A stretch of DNA of 63,992 nucleotides, counting the filler, from Basidioascus undulatus (lineage: Eukaryota): NCBI GenBank assembly GCA_000826855.1. It is 17 parts of 17 records of this genome, joined end to end, with 100 filler letters (N's around TTAATTAATTAA, not from the genome) between each part and the next. Parts side by side here need not be neighbours in the genome. Positions count along the whole stretch, not along the records: positions 23,200 to 25,667 come from JTLS01002746.1; positions 25,768 to 28,234 come from JTLS01002747.1; positions 28,335 to 30,801 come from JTLS01002748.1; positions 30,902 to 53,949 come from JTLS01000275.1; 13 more parts are not named here. One strand, 5' to 3'. Every line of letters begins with the position of its first letter. The first letter of the stretch is position 1. The notes under the pieces were generated by a model. It saw only the letters and a program-made list of their open reading frames with translations, did not search any database and was not told where the DNA came from. This document shows, piece by piece, positions 23,200-34,387 of the stretch. The translations under genes and the position numbers were made by a program.

Positions 23200-25667
23200 G
23201 TGGCGGCGGGGGCACCGGCGGCGGGCGGCGGGGGTCCGCGGGTGATACGCTTGATGCCCCGCCCCGACGCCCGGCGCTGAGTCGGTCGTCCACTGGCTCC
23301 GCGTCGCCCGCTACACACCAGCCGGCGTTTGGCGGGGACCTGGGCGCAGGAGGGGCCGACGACGATGCAGTGCTGGTCGACGACCTCACGCCCGGCCTAG
23401 CGTCCACCTCACTCTCCACGTCCCCCTCCTCCGTCCCGCGCTTCAGCGACTTCCCCTCGCGCCTTTCCGGCTGGTTCGGGCTCAACAATGCCAACGCTCA
23501 TTCACCCATGCACGCCTCGTCCCCCACGCCCACCCACTTCTCCGACCACTCCTACACGTCCTCCGTCCCAGTCCCCATGCCGCACCCGCACCCGCGCACC
23601 TCGCTCGACGCCCCCGCCCCCTCCTCCAGCCCCTCGTCCTCCCCCGCTCGCTCGAAGACTGCAAACTTCTTTTCGGGCATCCGACACCGCGCGGGCGTCG
23701 ATAAGGCTATGCAGTTCTTCCTCGACGGGGACGCCACGCCCGACAAGTCGCCCGAGCCTCTCTGGGTCCTCGGCATCGAGCACGAGGGGTACCAGGAGCG
23801 CGCGTCCCCGTCCCCGCACCACCACTCTCACTACCATCACTCGAACGGACACAGCCACACCTCCAAGCCGAGCATCAGCATCTCCTCTCCGCCTCCCCCA
23901 AACGGGCGCACCTCCCCCCCTCAGCAGCGCACGCGCGCCTCCTCCCGCGCCGCGACCTACCGCGCCGCGCTCTCCGCCATCCCCACAGGGAGCGCCGGCT
24001 TCTCGTCGACCTCCACAAAGGCGCTCTCCTCCATTTTCTCCCAGTCGCCCTCCGCGCTCTCCCATCTCCCCTCCCCCCCCGCCCCGGCTATCGAGCCGCC
24101 CCCGCCGCCGACCATCAGCGGTTGGCCCGCTGCCTTCTTCGAGGACTTTGCGAGCCGCGTCTGGTGCACTTACCGCTCGGGGTATGCGCCGATTAGGGCG
24201 GACGACCCCCAGCTCGCGGATTTGGAGCTGCCGGGCGCGGCGGAGTGGGAGAATGGGGGCGGGAGCGCGAAGAGGGGGTGGTTGAAGAGGAAGGAGTATA
24301 CGAGCGATCAGGGTGAGGAGACTACTTGCCTGGGTTAAGAGGACAGCCGCTGATGAGAAAGGGCGTGGACAGGCTGGGGATGCATGCTCCGCACGTCACA
24401 GTCCCTCCTCGCCAACGCGCTCATCGTCCTCGAGCTAGGTCGAAGTGCGTTCCCCTCTCCCCTCCCTTCCCATTCCCCACTCAACCCCCTTCCCCCTTGA
24501 GCAGACTGGCGCCGCCCCTCCCCGCACCCCCGCGCGCCGCCCTCCACACCCCAAGCGCTCCACGCCGAGCTCACATCCTACGCGACCTTCGTCCGCATCC
24601 TCACGTACTTCATGGACGACCCGTCGCCGCTGTGCCCCTTCTCGGTGCACCGCATGGCGCTCGTGGGCAAGAGTTTGGGGAAGGAGATTGGCGAGTGGTT
24701 TGGGCCTAGTACGGCGGCGGGGGCGATCAAGTGAGTTGGCGCTTTCTCGTTTTGGGTACTTGCAGGAACGATGGAGGAGCTGACGGGCATGCGGCGCACA
24801 GGCACCTCGCGCATGCGTACCCCGCCGCAGGCATCTCCGTATCAGTCGCGACGGACTCGGTCGTGTACGTCTCTCCTCCCTGCTCCTCTTCCCTCTCCCA
24901 CTTCCACCAACTCACCCGCCAAACCCACGCACAGCTTCCGCTCCGACGTCTACGCCGCCTCGCACATCGGCGCGCCCGTGCCGTCGCGCCACCCGGCCCT
25001 CTCGTGGGGCGGACGGCCCGTGCTCGTCCTCATTGGCATCCGACTGGGGCTCGACGGCGTGCACCCGCGGTATCAGGAGGCGCTGAAGGTGCGTTGCGTC
25101 GAGGATGAGTTTCGAGGGTGTGCGGGTTGCTCAATTTTGAGAGCGGTGGACAGGCACTGTTCAGCTTCCCCCAGAGCGTGGGCATTGCGGGTGGGCGGCC
25201 ATCGCAGTCTTACTATTTCATAGGATACCAGGTGCGCTCTTGGCTGTTCCAGCTCTCGGACGCGCCCGTCTAACTCGTCGATACCAACGCAGGGCAACTC
25301 CCTCGTCTACGTTGACCCGCACATCACGCGCCCCTCCATCCCCTTCCGTCCGCCCGCCCCACCCGGCGCGCCAGGTACAGGCATGTCCTCCTCCCAATCC
25401 GACTCCGCCCTCTCCTCCAACTCCGCCTCGACGTCCACTACGCAGGACGAGAGGACGCCCCCGCGCCGGCCTGCAAAGGGAGGACGCCGCAAGCACTCGA
25501 TCCTCTCCGGCGGCGGCGGGTCGTCCTCTACCCACAACAGTGGGAAGACGAAGCGCCACCCGAGCCGCTCGGCGAGCCTCCAGAGCTGGCAGAGCGACTG
25601 GGGGACCGCCTCCTCCCGCTCCTCCATCAGCGGCGGGGGTGGTGGCGGTGGTGGAGGGCGCGACTCG
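23200..25667 (+). CDS. ATG4: Autophagy cysteine protease Atg4 (peptidase C54), truncated at both ends
   Basis: [89 protein letters not shown]. Confidence 0.95.
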
Positions 25668-26874
25668 NNNNNNNNNNNNNNNNNNNNNNNNNNNNNNNNN
25701 NNNNNNNNNNNTTAATTAATTAANNNNNNNNNNNNNNNNNNNNNNNNNNNNNNNNNNNNNNNNNNNNTAATTCCCCCCTTGGAATATTCAGTGCACAATT
25801 TCGTGTATTCTTGAAGGTCACCGGAAGCTCGCAGTCAGAGCATACGCGACCCAAACCTTGTGGTGATCAGCAGAGGTGGAACCAAGAACGCTGGTCGCCC
25901 TTGTCTGCTTGCAGATGAAATGTCCTTTAACTTGGCGACATGAGACTGTACTTTGACACGCTCGGAGCGCAAGACTTGGTCGCGAAGGCAGGGAGCCTCA
26001 GGCCAAGTGACCCTGATTGTCGGGACTCAAGCAGGCTCAGTTATCAGGACTGTGCAGGGCAAAAACTATTGTTGTGGCAACTGCAGCCATGATCAAATCT
26101 GGGCAGGCACGAAATATTGATTGCAACGGTGCAGTTGGGTCGAGCTGCAGTTGGGTTCTTTCCCTGCTGGGTGCTACTCCTCCTTGTGTAAAGCAGCAAC
26201 CTAGGCAGGTTTGTTTTTCATAACCAATATTCTATATGGCATTGGGACTGCGAGGTTCCTAAGATGGGGCTGCTGTCCTTCCATCCAGCATGCTGTTTTT
26301 TGAGAGTGAAAGAAATGTGCCACGCTATTGATCTACCTTTCGCATGACTTCGGCGAGCCGCGCCCAAAATGCTTAGCAACCTTCAGAGACCAGTGGGAAG
26401 GACCCATCGCCCACTGCGCACAGTCTGGCTCATCTTGCTGCATTCGGGCGTCCCTCTTCAGCCGGCACCACTCCATGCAAACGCCGCCCTTTCCGGATCC
26501 GTCCCACTGTGGACGCGTCTGCCAAGAGAGTTCAAGTATAAATGATCTTCTCCTGACGGAAATGGAAGACGAAGGGTAGTGAGACCTCAGGCGCAGGCGC
26601 ACTTGTCCGCAACCGGCACATTTGCAGGGGCAATGAGTCCATATGTGCCCTCCTGATCCGGCTGTGCAGTGCCACCGGCTCCGCGTTCGTCACCCAACAT
26701 TCCAGACAAGCAGTAACCCGAGGTATATAAACCGGTTGCGCTTTCTCCTTTCCCCCATCCCACTTCGACCTACTCGCCCACGCAAGACCCCAGGAACGCC
26801 GGCACTGCAACCGCTGTGACAAGACACACTCTAAACACCGTTGTTTGAACACATTCGACTTAGACTTGGGAATC

Positions 26875-26918
26875 TGGCCATGTCCAGTGGCATTGGCCAG
26901 TGCCGATGGGCATGGCCA
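26875..26918. repeat. 44-nt imperfect palindrome
   Basis: TGGCCATGTCCAGTGGCATTGGCCAGTGCCGATGGGCATGGCCA is nearly self-complementary. Confidence 0.75.
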
Positions 26919-27538
26919 ATACGTCCCCTCACGCACGCACACTCAAGACTGCCAACAAGCACCCTCAACATGCCACAAACCTCAGAAATACCTGCCTTCG
27001 CCAATACAATATGTTTCCTCGATAGTTTACCTTACTTTACGTTTGACTAGCATGACGCAGTCGTGTAACGTTTTGCCCACCGGGTTTGGTGCGGACCGAC
27101 TTTCTCTTTCCCTCGCAGCGCCACCTGGCCTCCCCGTTGTGTACCGTTTGCTAGGCAGCTGGTCGTAGTCAGGAGGGATGGGAGTCTGAACAATTATCTT
27201 CCGCAGTATGTATCTTGTGTGCGATGGGATTGCTTGATTGGTGAGGCCGAGTTTGAAAGAAGGGGCGCAGTCGACAGACTACCCACCCACCTGCTCCCAT
27301 CCGTTCTAACGTTGGCAAATACCTTGCCTCTCAATAATCGGCCATCCATCCTTCCCTTTAAACTCCGCAAACTCATTGAACTCTCGATGTCCAGTGCTTT
27401 GATGCACTGATGCCGATTGACCTCGCCCTACAGCAAGTTCGCCCATTCCGTCATCTTTCGCGGACTGCCCGTCCCATCGGCGATGCGACGGTCAAGCAAC
27501 AGCCAGTCAAAGCACATGCAAATCGTCCCATGTATGCG

Positions 27539-28234
27539 TTACCAAGCCGTGACGTCCGCGACCTCGGCCTCCCCGAACACGCTCGTCTTCTTCGCCTCAA
27601 ACCCGTCCGAGACCTCCTCCGCCTTAACCAGCGGCTCACCCTCATACACCTCGGGCAGCTCCCTATGCAAGAATCCCAGCACGTGCCCGTTGATCGCCTT
27701 GAACTCGAGCAAGAACCCGTCGTGCCCGTCCGGGCTCGGGATGATCACCAGCTCCGCGTCCGGTACGCCCGCGGCGATCTCGCGCTGTTCGGGCGGGGCG
27801 AAGAGCCCATCGGACTCGATGCCGATTACGAGCGCGCGCGGCGGGAGGGCGGCTAGTGAATCGCTCAGCTCGCCTGTACGCGGGGGGGAGGGCGCAGCGA
27901 TGTCGTGCGTGTCCATCTTGCGGGTGAGGTGGATGTAGCAGTTTGCGTCAAAGCGCGACGTGAACTTGTCGCCTTGGTAGCGGAGGTACGATTGCGCGGA
28001 GAACACTTTACGAGGGGGGAGGGAGCCGGATGCGTGGGAGAAGGAGGGCATCGAGAGCGTGAGGTCCGTGCCGGGAGGCGGTTGTGCGGGGAGGGAGGCG
28101 AGCGAAGAGGCGGTGGACGAGGCGGTGGGAGTGGAGGGACCGGATCGAGGGAAGTACGACTTGGCTGCGCGGTGCCCATCGTTGTGGTTGAGGAGTCCGA
28201 CATGCCTAGCCTTAAGGTGCTGAGGGACGCTATT
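27539..28234 (-). CDS. MET2: Homoserine O-acetyltransferase, 3' part
   Basis: HNDGHR, FSAQSYLRYQGDKFTSRFDANCYIHLTRKMDTHD, IGIESDGLF, SPDGHDGFLLEF, ends DVTAW*. Confidence 0.94.
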   Translation of the reverse strand, partial: NSVPQHLKARHVGLLNHNDGHRAAKSYFPRSGPSTPTASSTASSLASLPAQPPPGTDLTLSMPSFSHASGSLPPRKVFSAQSYLRYQGDKFTSRFDANCYIHLTRKMDTHDIAAPSPPRTGELSDSLAALPPRALVIGIESDGLFAPPEQREIAAGVPDAELVIIPSPDGHDGFLLEFKAINGHVLGFLHRELPEVYEGEPLVKAEEVSDGFEAKKTSVFGEAEVADVTAW

Positions 28235-28739
28235 NNNNNNNNNNNNNNNNNNNNNNNNNNNNNNNNNNNNNNNNNNNNTTAATTAATTAANNNNNNNNNN
28301 NNNNNNNNNNNNNNNNNNNNNNNNNNNNNNNNNNTTCACCCGCCGACCCCCGTCGTGAGTCCACCCGACCGACCCCAAGGCTCTCTAGGCCGGGAGTGGG
28401 TGCTCAGGCTCGCCGGTGCCTGAGTTTCGAAACACTGTCCACTGCGCACGCTTTCCCCGTGCTCCCGGGCATCGTATTTCGACCAGGACCATCGTGGCAT
28501 TACCCTTTCCGGCCTGGCCATCCGAGCCCGCGTGGTGCTCCTCTTGTGCACGCGTCAGGCCCACGACGCGTCCGGGCGTCTTCTCTCTTCCCTCCTCCCG
28601 CCCTTGCCCGTTGCCCTCTGCACCATGCCCTCCCTTGCGCTATACCGCGCCCTTACCCATGGTTTACTGACGCCCAACTTCCCCTTCCTCCCCATGCCCA
28701 GTCCCCCAACACGCTTTCCTTCAAGCTCTCCCCCCTACC

Positions 28740-30801
28740 ATGAACTACCCGGGCTTCCCTCCTCCCAATGGCGCGCCCCTGCAACCTACGCAACCGCAGC
28801 AGCAGCAACAGCAGCCCCAGCAGCAGCAACAGCAGCCCCAGCAGCAGTATGGGCAGCCGCAGCTTCCGCCGCAGATGCAGATGGGCGGGATGCAGATGGG
28901 TGGGATGCAGATGGGCGGCATGGGGGCCATGGGGCAGCAGCCCCAACAACATATGGGCACTCAGGGAGGCCAGCCGCCCAGACAGGGAATGCAGGGAATG
29001 CCGGCGAACGTGACGCAGCAGCAGTACGTACCGTTTTCTGTGCCTTGAGGGTACGCGAAGAGGCGAGGGACTGACGCGTTGCTGGCGGTTACAGACTCAT
29101 GTTCCTCCTGTCCGTCGCGCCTCCCAATCCCTCAATGCTTCTCTTGCCCAAACTGACATCTTAGTCCCTCTAGGCAACAACAACAACGCCATTTTGCCGC
29201 TCAACAGCAAGCCGCCGCAGCCAACGCCGCCTACCACTCCCAACAGCAGCAGCAGCACGTCCAACAGCCCCGCCCCGGCACGCCGCAGACCTACCCCCAT
29301 CCTCCTCCGCAACCGAACTGGTCCACCGCTTCCCAGGCCCAGCCTCAACCGCCCTACGCTTTCCGAGCCGGCACGCCCGTCGCCTCCGCATCCCCTGCGG
29401 CCATCGTCATCGGCTCGCCGGCGCTCTCCCACGCGTCCCCTCCCCATAGCACGCCCGCGTCCGAGCATGCGAGCTTGCCGGGGCGGCCACCGAGCACCGC
29501 GCCTCAGCATCAGCAGCCGCCGTCGCCAAGAACTGCTTTCATGATGTGCGTCGTTTTCATTCCCGTGTCCCGTTCCCTGGGCGTGATTTGACAGGACATG
29601 GACGAATGAGCAGGCAGCAACAACAGCTGCACCAGCAAAGCATGCAGCAGGCGCAGCAGCAGCAGCAGCAGCAGGCGCAGCAGCAGCAGCAGGCGCAGCA
29701 GCAACAGCAGCAGCAGCAGCAAGCGCAAGCGGGGCAAGGTCCGGAGACGTACCTCCAGCAGCTGCAGCAGCAGCACCAAGCGCAACAAGCAGCCGCCCGA
29801 CGTCCCTCCACGCCTTCCTCCTCCCACCTCTCCCACCAACATCTCACGCCGCAACAATCCCATGCATCCGTCGCGCCCGCTCAGCCCGGGTGGGGCGCCC
29901 ACATGCCGTACGCCAACCACGCTGCCGCCGCGGCTGCCTACCGCGCGGGCACGCCCGCGGGGGGGGCGATCGGGTCCCCCGCCGTCGCCGCTTCCCCGCT
30001 CTCGCAGGCCTCCCCACCGCACGGTACGCCTGCCTCCGAGCACGCGTCGCTCCCCGGTCAAGCACCTGGGGCGATGGGGGTGCAACGCCGGCCGTCGTCG
30101 AGCGCCGCGGCGCCGGCGGGCGCGCCGTACGGGATGGCACCCACGGCGCAGATGCCCCCGCGCCCGCCGATGCGGCCTGAGGAGTTCCTCCGCAGCCTCG
30201 CCGACTTCATGACGCGCCGCGGGTCGCCCCTCCCCGCCGGCATCCTTACGTACCCGCTCCCGCCCCCGGGCAGCCAGGGGCGGGGCGAGCTGCCTCTGGG
30301 CGGAAAGAGCGTCGAGCTGTTTCGGATCTTCATGGCTGTTGTGCAGATGGGCGGGTGGCAGAAGGTGCGCGATCTCTTGCACATTTATCTCAGTGGCTTT
30401 GGCGTCGCTGACATCGGCAGGGGGTGCGCGAAAACAGGTCTCGACTTTGCAAGCCTGGCCGCAAATCGCGACCGCGCTCGGTCTTCCGCAGTCGTTCGTC
30501 GTCACCGCGGGCAAGCAGGCCGGCCAGCAGGTCTCGGTCCCGGGCCAGCTGTTCCACAGCTACCAGGCGCTCCTCGCGCCGTTCGAGGAGGCGTGGCTCA
30601 AGGCGCTCCAGGGCCATGCGGCGCGCGCGCGCGCTGCCCAAGCCGCTCATGCCCAAGCTCAAGCACATGGGCAGGCGCAGGCGCAAGCGCAAGCGCGCCA
30701 GCCCCAACAGAACGTCGCGAACAACACCGTCCCTCCCTCCGCTACGATCATCCCAACCCCGCCGCCGCAGCAGCAGACGCTCCCGCCGCAACAACAACCA
30801 G
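28740..30801 (+). CDS. Gln-rich ARID-domain protein (Swi1-like), 3'-truncated
   Basis: PolyQ N-terminus; EEFLRSLADFMTRRG...VELFRIFMAVVQMGGWQKV...WPQIATALGL...YQALLAPFE (ARID). Confidence 0.82.
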
Positions 30802-30901
30802 NNNNNNNNNNNNNNNNNNNNNNNNNNNNNNNNNNNNNNNNNNNNTTAATTAATTAANNNNNNNNNNNNNNNNNNNNNNNNNNNNNNNNNNNNNNNNNNN
30901 N

Positions 30902-31776
30902 CTTCCTGAAACCCACGTACAAAGTCTTGGTCAAAACGCCGCCGTTCAGGGGGACAATGTCGAGCGACGGCACGCCGGGGTACCCGCCCCCGGAGATCGC
31001 CTGCATGGTCGTCGCAAGCACGGTGTCGAGCGGGCCGAAGGCGCGCTCGAGCGCCGCGAGGAGGACGACGAGTGCGGTCGTGCTACAGTTGGCGTTGGCG
31101 ACGATGAAGCCGCGGGAGGGGGAGGGGGAGAGCGACGCCTTTTGGTGGGGGATGATGGAGAAGTGGTCGGTGTTTACGAGCGGGACGACCAGAGGGACGA
31201 GAGGGTCGCGGCGGTAGTTCTTGGCATTGGAGAAGATGGGGAGCTCGGCAGCACGGAATGATTCCTCTATGGAAAAGAGGTACATTGTCAGAACAGCTAC
31301 TTGAAACAGCACATCACAGCGATCCTTCCAGCTCTCGCCCAGGAGATGCCGGGGGCGTCCTGTGATGATCCCCGCAGCGGACAGAAGACGACTCACCGAT
31401 GGGGCCCGCCACATCATGGTCCAACCCAGAGAAGACCAGATCGCAGTCTTTGAAGTGCTCGGCCTCGCATGGGCGCACAACCACGTCCCGGATCGCCTCC
31501 GGGATAGGCTTGGACTGCTTCCATCGGGTGATCTGGGCGTACTTCTGGCCCGCAGAGCGCGCGGAGGCGCCGAGGGCCTCGATGACGAAAAACGGGTGGG
31601 CAGCGAGGAGGAGGATGAAGCGCTGGCCGACGGTGCTGTATTACGCCCCGGTGCGAGTGTCAGGAGCTGTGAAAGCGTGTGTGGGAGGCGAGAACACAGG
31701 GAAGAGGGACGGACCCGGTGGCGCCGAGGACGCCGACCTTGACCTTGCGCTGAGCGGATACCGCAGAAGACGCCAT
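30902..31776 (-). CDS. HOM2: Aspartate-semialdehyde dehydrogenase, 3'-truncated
   Basis: KVGVLGATGTVGQRFILLL, LVFSGLDHDVAGPI, FSNAKNYRRDPLVPLVVP, catalytic ANANCSTT, TMQAISGGGYPGV. Confidence 0.96.
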
Positions 31777-31829
31777 GAGGAGTGTTCGAAATGAGTGTGT
31801 GAACAAGATAAAGAGCAAGGCTCAGATGA

Positions 31830-31885
31830 GAGTCAGAGACGAGTTAGGGCCAAGAAGTCAAGAAGACGAGTCAAGGGAGGAGTCA
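31830..31885 (-). promoter_or_regulatory. Cluster of TGACTC (Gcn4/Cpc1-type) motifs upstream of HOM2
   Basis: GAGTCA at 31830, 31868 and 31880, with near-matches at 31841 and 31855. Confidence 0.45.
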
Positions 31886-32587
31886 AGGAGGAAGACCGAG
31901 GACGCGGAAGGACCGGGGAAGCCCGCGGGTCGTCGGGAATCTCGAACCCTATCGGCTGAAGAAGACGACTGGCTGGGCTGTCAAACTTGGCCTGCTTCTC
32001 ACACCCAGCTACCGTAATGAAAGGGTATCTGGGAGAATGCATTAGTTCATGTAAATGTGAACTTTTATTCACCCTGGAAATAACAGTCCTTGTGAAATGA
32101 GTCTTTATGGGATGGAAGAACACCGAGCGGGCGGGATCATTCCGGGGCAAGGATCAGGTCCCGCTCGTTGTCCCCTTTGCCCCTTCCCCTTCGCCTTCCA
32201 GGGCCGCACAATCCAGCAGGCACGCACATTTCAATGTTCTCCGCGCAGGGCTTCGAGGTAGTGGAAGCGCCCCACAAACCTCCGATCCCGCTTCTATTCA
32301 CTTGCACGAGGCAATTCAACAATACTGAACTTAAATGACGGCATGAACATTCATTTGAGGGCCTCAGCGATTCCCACGCCCTTCCGGCCAAGCGCGAAGC
32401 CGCAAGTCGCGCACGCCATCGAGACCGGGCATTCGCATCCTCGAGCCAACGCAGCCCGCCGCCTACCGCCAGCGCACTCGCACTGCAGTACAAAAGGCCC
32501 TCCACCCACCCACCAACTCTTGTCTCCCCCGGTCACCGCACTCTTGCTCTTTCCGCTACCCCGTTCATAGACAAGTCTTCTTTCAAA

Positions 32588-33827
32588 ATGGCCGCTCCTC
32601 AGCACCTCCGCCTCGGCTCTATGTGAGTTGCACGCAGCCGCCTTTCATTTTCTGCGATCGTGGGGTACTGATGGACGGGGACACTTGCACAGCGCACCCA
32701 ACTTCCAGGCCAAGACCACCAAGGGCGACATCGACTTCCACCAGTGGCTCGGTGACTCGTGGGGCATCCGTACGTCTCCCTCATCGTCCGACTGTATCGG
32801 TGTGGCCGTCGGGCTTTGAATGCATAGCCATGCTCACGCTGCACTTTACAGTCTTCTCCCACCCCGATGACTTCACCCCCGTGTGCAGTACGTTCCTCCC
32901 CTTCTCTGTCCTCCGCTGCATCTCCGCTCACCCCCCGCCCTTTCACCCCGCAGCCACCGAGCTCGGCGAGGTCGCGAAGCTCGAGCCAGAGTTCGCAAAG
33001 CGCGGCGTGAAGGTCATTGGTCTCTCGGCCAACGACATCAAGAGCCACGACAAGTGGATCGAGGACATCGTGCGTCTTTCTTTCCCCTACCGCTGTCGCT
33101 GCGGAGGAGCAGCTCTGTCTGACAGTGGGGGACTTGGCTGGACTCGCGCAGAATGAGGTCAACAACACGTCGGTCCAGTTCCCCATCATCGGTGACGAGA
33201 CCCGCCACGTCGCTACCCTGTAAGTAGGCTGCGTCTATAGGCGCCAGTAGGCGTCGTGTGGGCTGACGCTTCCGGCGATACCCCCAGCTACGACATGCTT
33301 GACGCTCTGGACCCGACCAGTGAGTACCCCTTCTCTGAATTGCTGTCCAACATGCGCTTACGCATTCCTTCTTCAGACGTCGACGCCAAGGGCATCCCCT
33401 TCACCGTGCGCTCCGTCTTCGTCATCGACCCCAAGAAGATCATCCGGTACGCGTTCTTCCCTCACCCCCTACCCTCCCACCAAACCCTCACACGCTGACC
33501 CACTGCCCTCTCCAGCCTTATCATCTCCTACCCCGCCTCCACCGGCCGGCACTTCAACGAGATCCTGCGCGTGGTCGACTCGCTCCAGCTCGGCGACAAG
33601 CACCGCATCACGACGCCCGCAAACTGGCAGAAGGGCGATAAGGTCATCATCCACCCGTCCGTCCAGGGCGACGACGTCAAGAAGCTCTTCCCTGAACACG
33701 AGGTCGTCAAGGTGCGCATCCCTCAACTCCCCTTCATGAGCGTGTTTCGGTGAAGATTGGACGCTGACTACTGTCGGTGCTGCAGCCCTACCTCCGCTTC
33801 GCCCCCGATCCCTCGTCCAAGGCTTGA
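32588..33827 (+). CDS. PRX1: 1-Cys peroxiredoxin (Prx6 class)
   Basis: LRLGS.APNF, FSHPDDFTPVCTTELG, TVRSVFVIDP, YPASTGRHFNEILRVVDSLQL, TPANW, ends PYLRFAPDPSSKA*. Confidence 0.96.
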
Positions 33828-34387
33828 AGGGCTGCTGATAGTTGAGCGAAGTACTTGAAGAAGACTTGTATTTTGGGTTGTAGCTGTCTTGATAAAGGAT
33901 ATCCTGTTAACTGCTGTCCGCCTGCCGAGAGACATTGAGAAGTTTGGGAAGTTACCATCTGCGGTAGAAGCGAGTGCAGGCTGGGGTCCTTGCTCAAATC
34001 CAAGTTGATTAGTTCGTACAGATGTCGCTTTTCGTCATTACTGTGCAGGACGCGGAGGGCGCAGACTCGCCGAAGGGGGCCGTCTCATCCGTCCTCGCCC
34101 CCCTCGCTCGACCAATTGTGAGATCCCTTCCGACTCTTTCAATATATTTTGCTCAACGGCAGAGGTAAAGAAAGTACTTCGACGTGACTGGTCTTTGGCT
34201 GTCAACCTCGCGCACCATACGCACCTGCCGGCTTCTTTACGTGCCGGCAATAACGTCACCTCGCTCCTCCTGACTGATCGGGAACACGTCCACCTTCATC
34301 TCAACAGTCAGTCTTCTCCTCTCCTCCCCCTACAAAAGCACTCCTCATCCGAAACCAAGACGTCCCGACACCCTCCTCTTCCCGTGC

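Noticed and set aside
29615..29790. CAG-rich tracts (also 9272-9301, 28798-28847)
   Set aside because: Ordinary polyglutamine coding repeats
30902..30957. HOM2 diverges from the family after PSLDI
   Set aside because: Last bases of a contig; intron or poor sequence, uninterpretable
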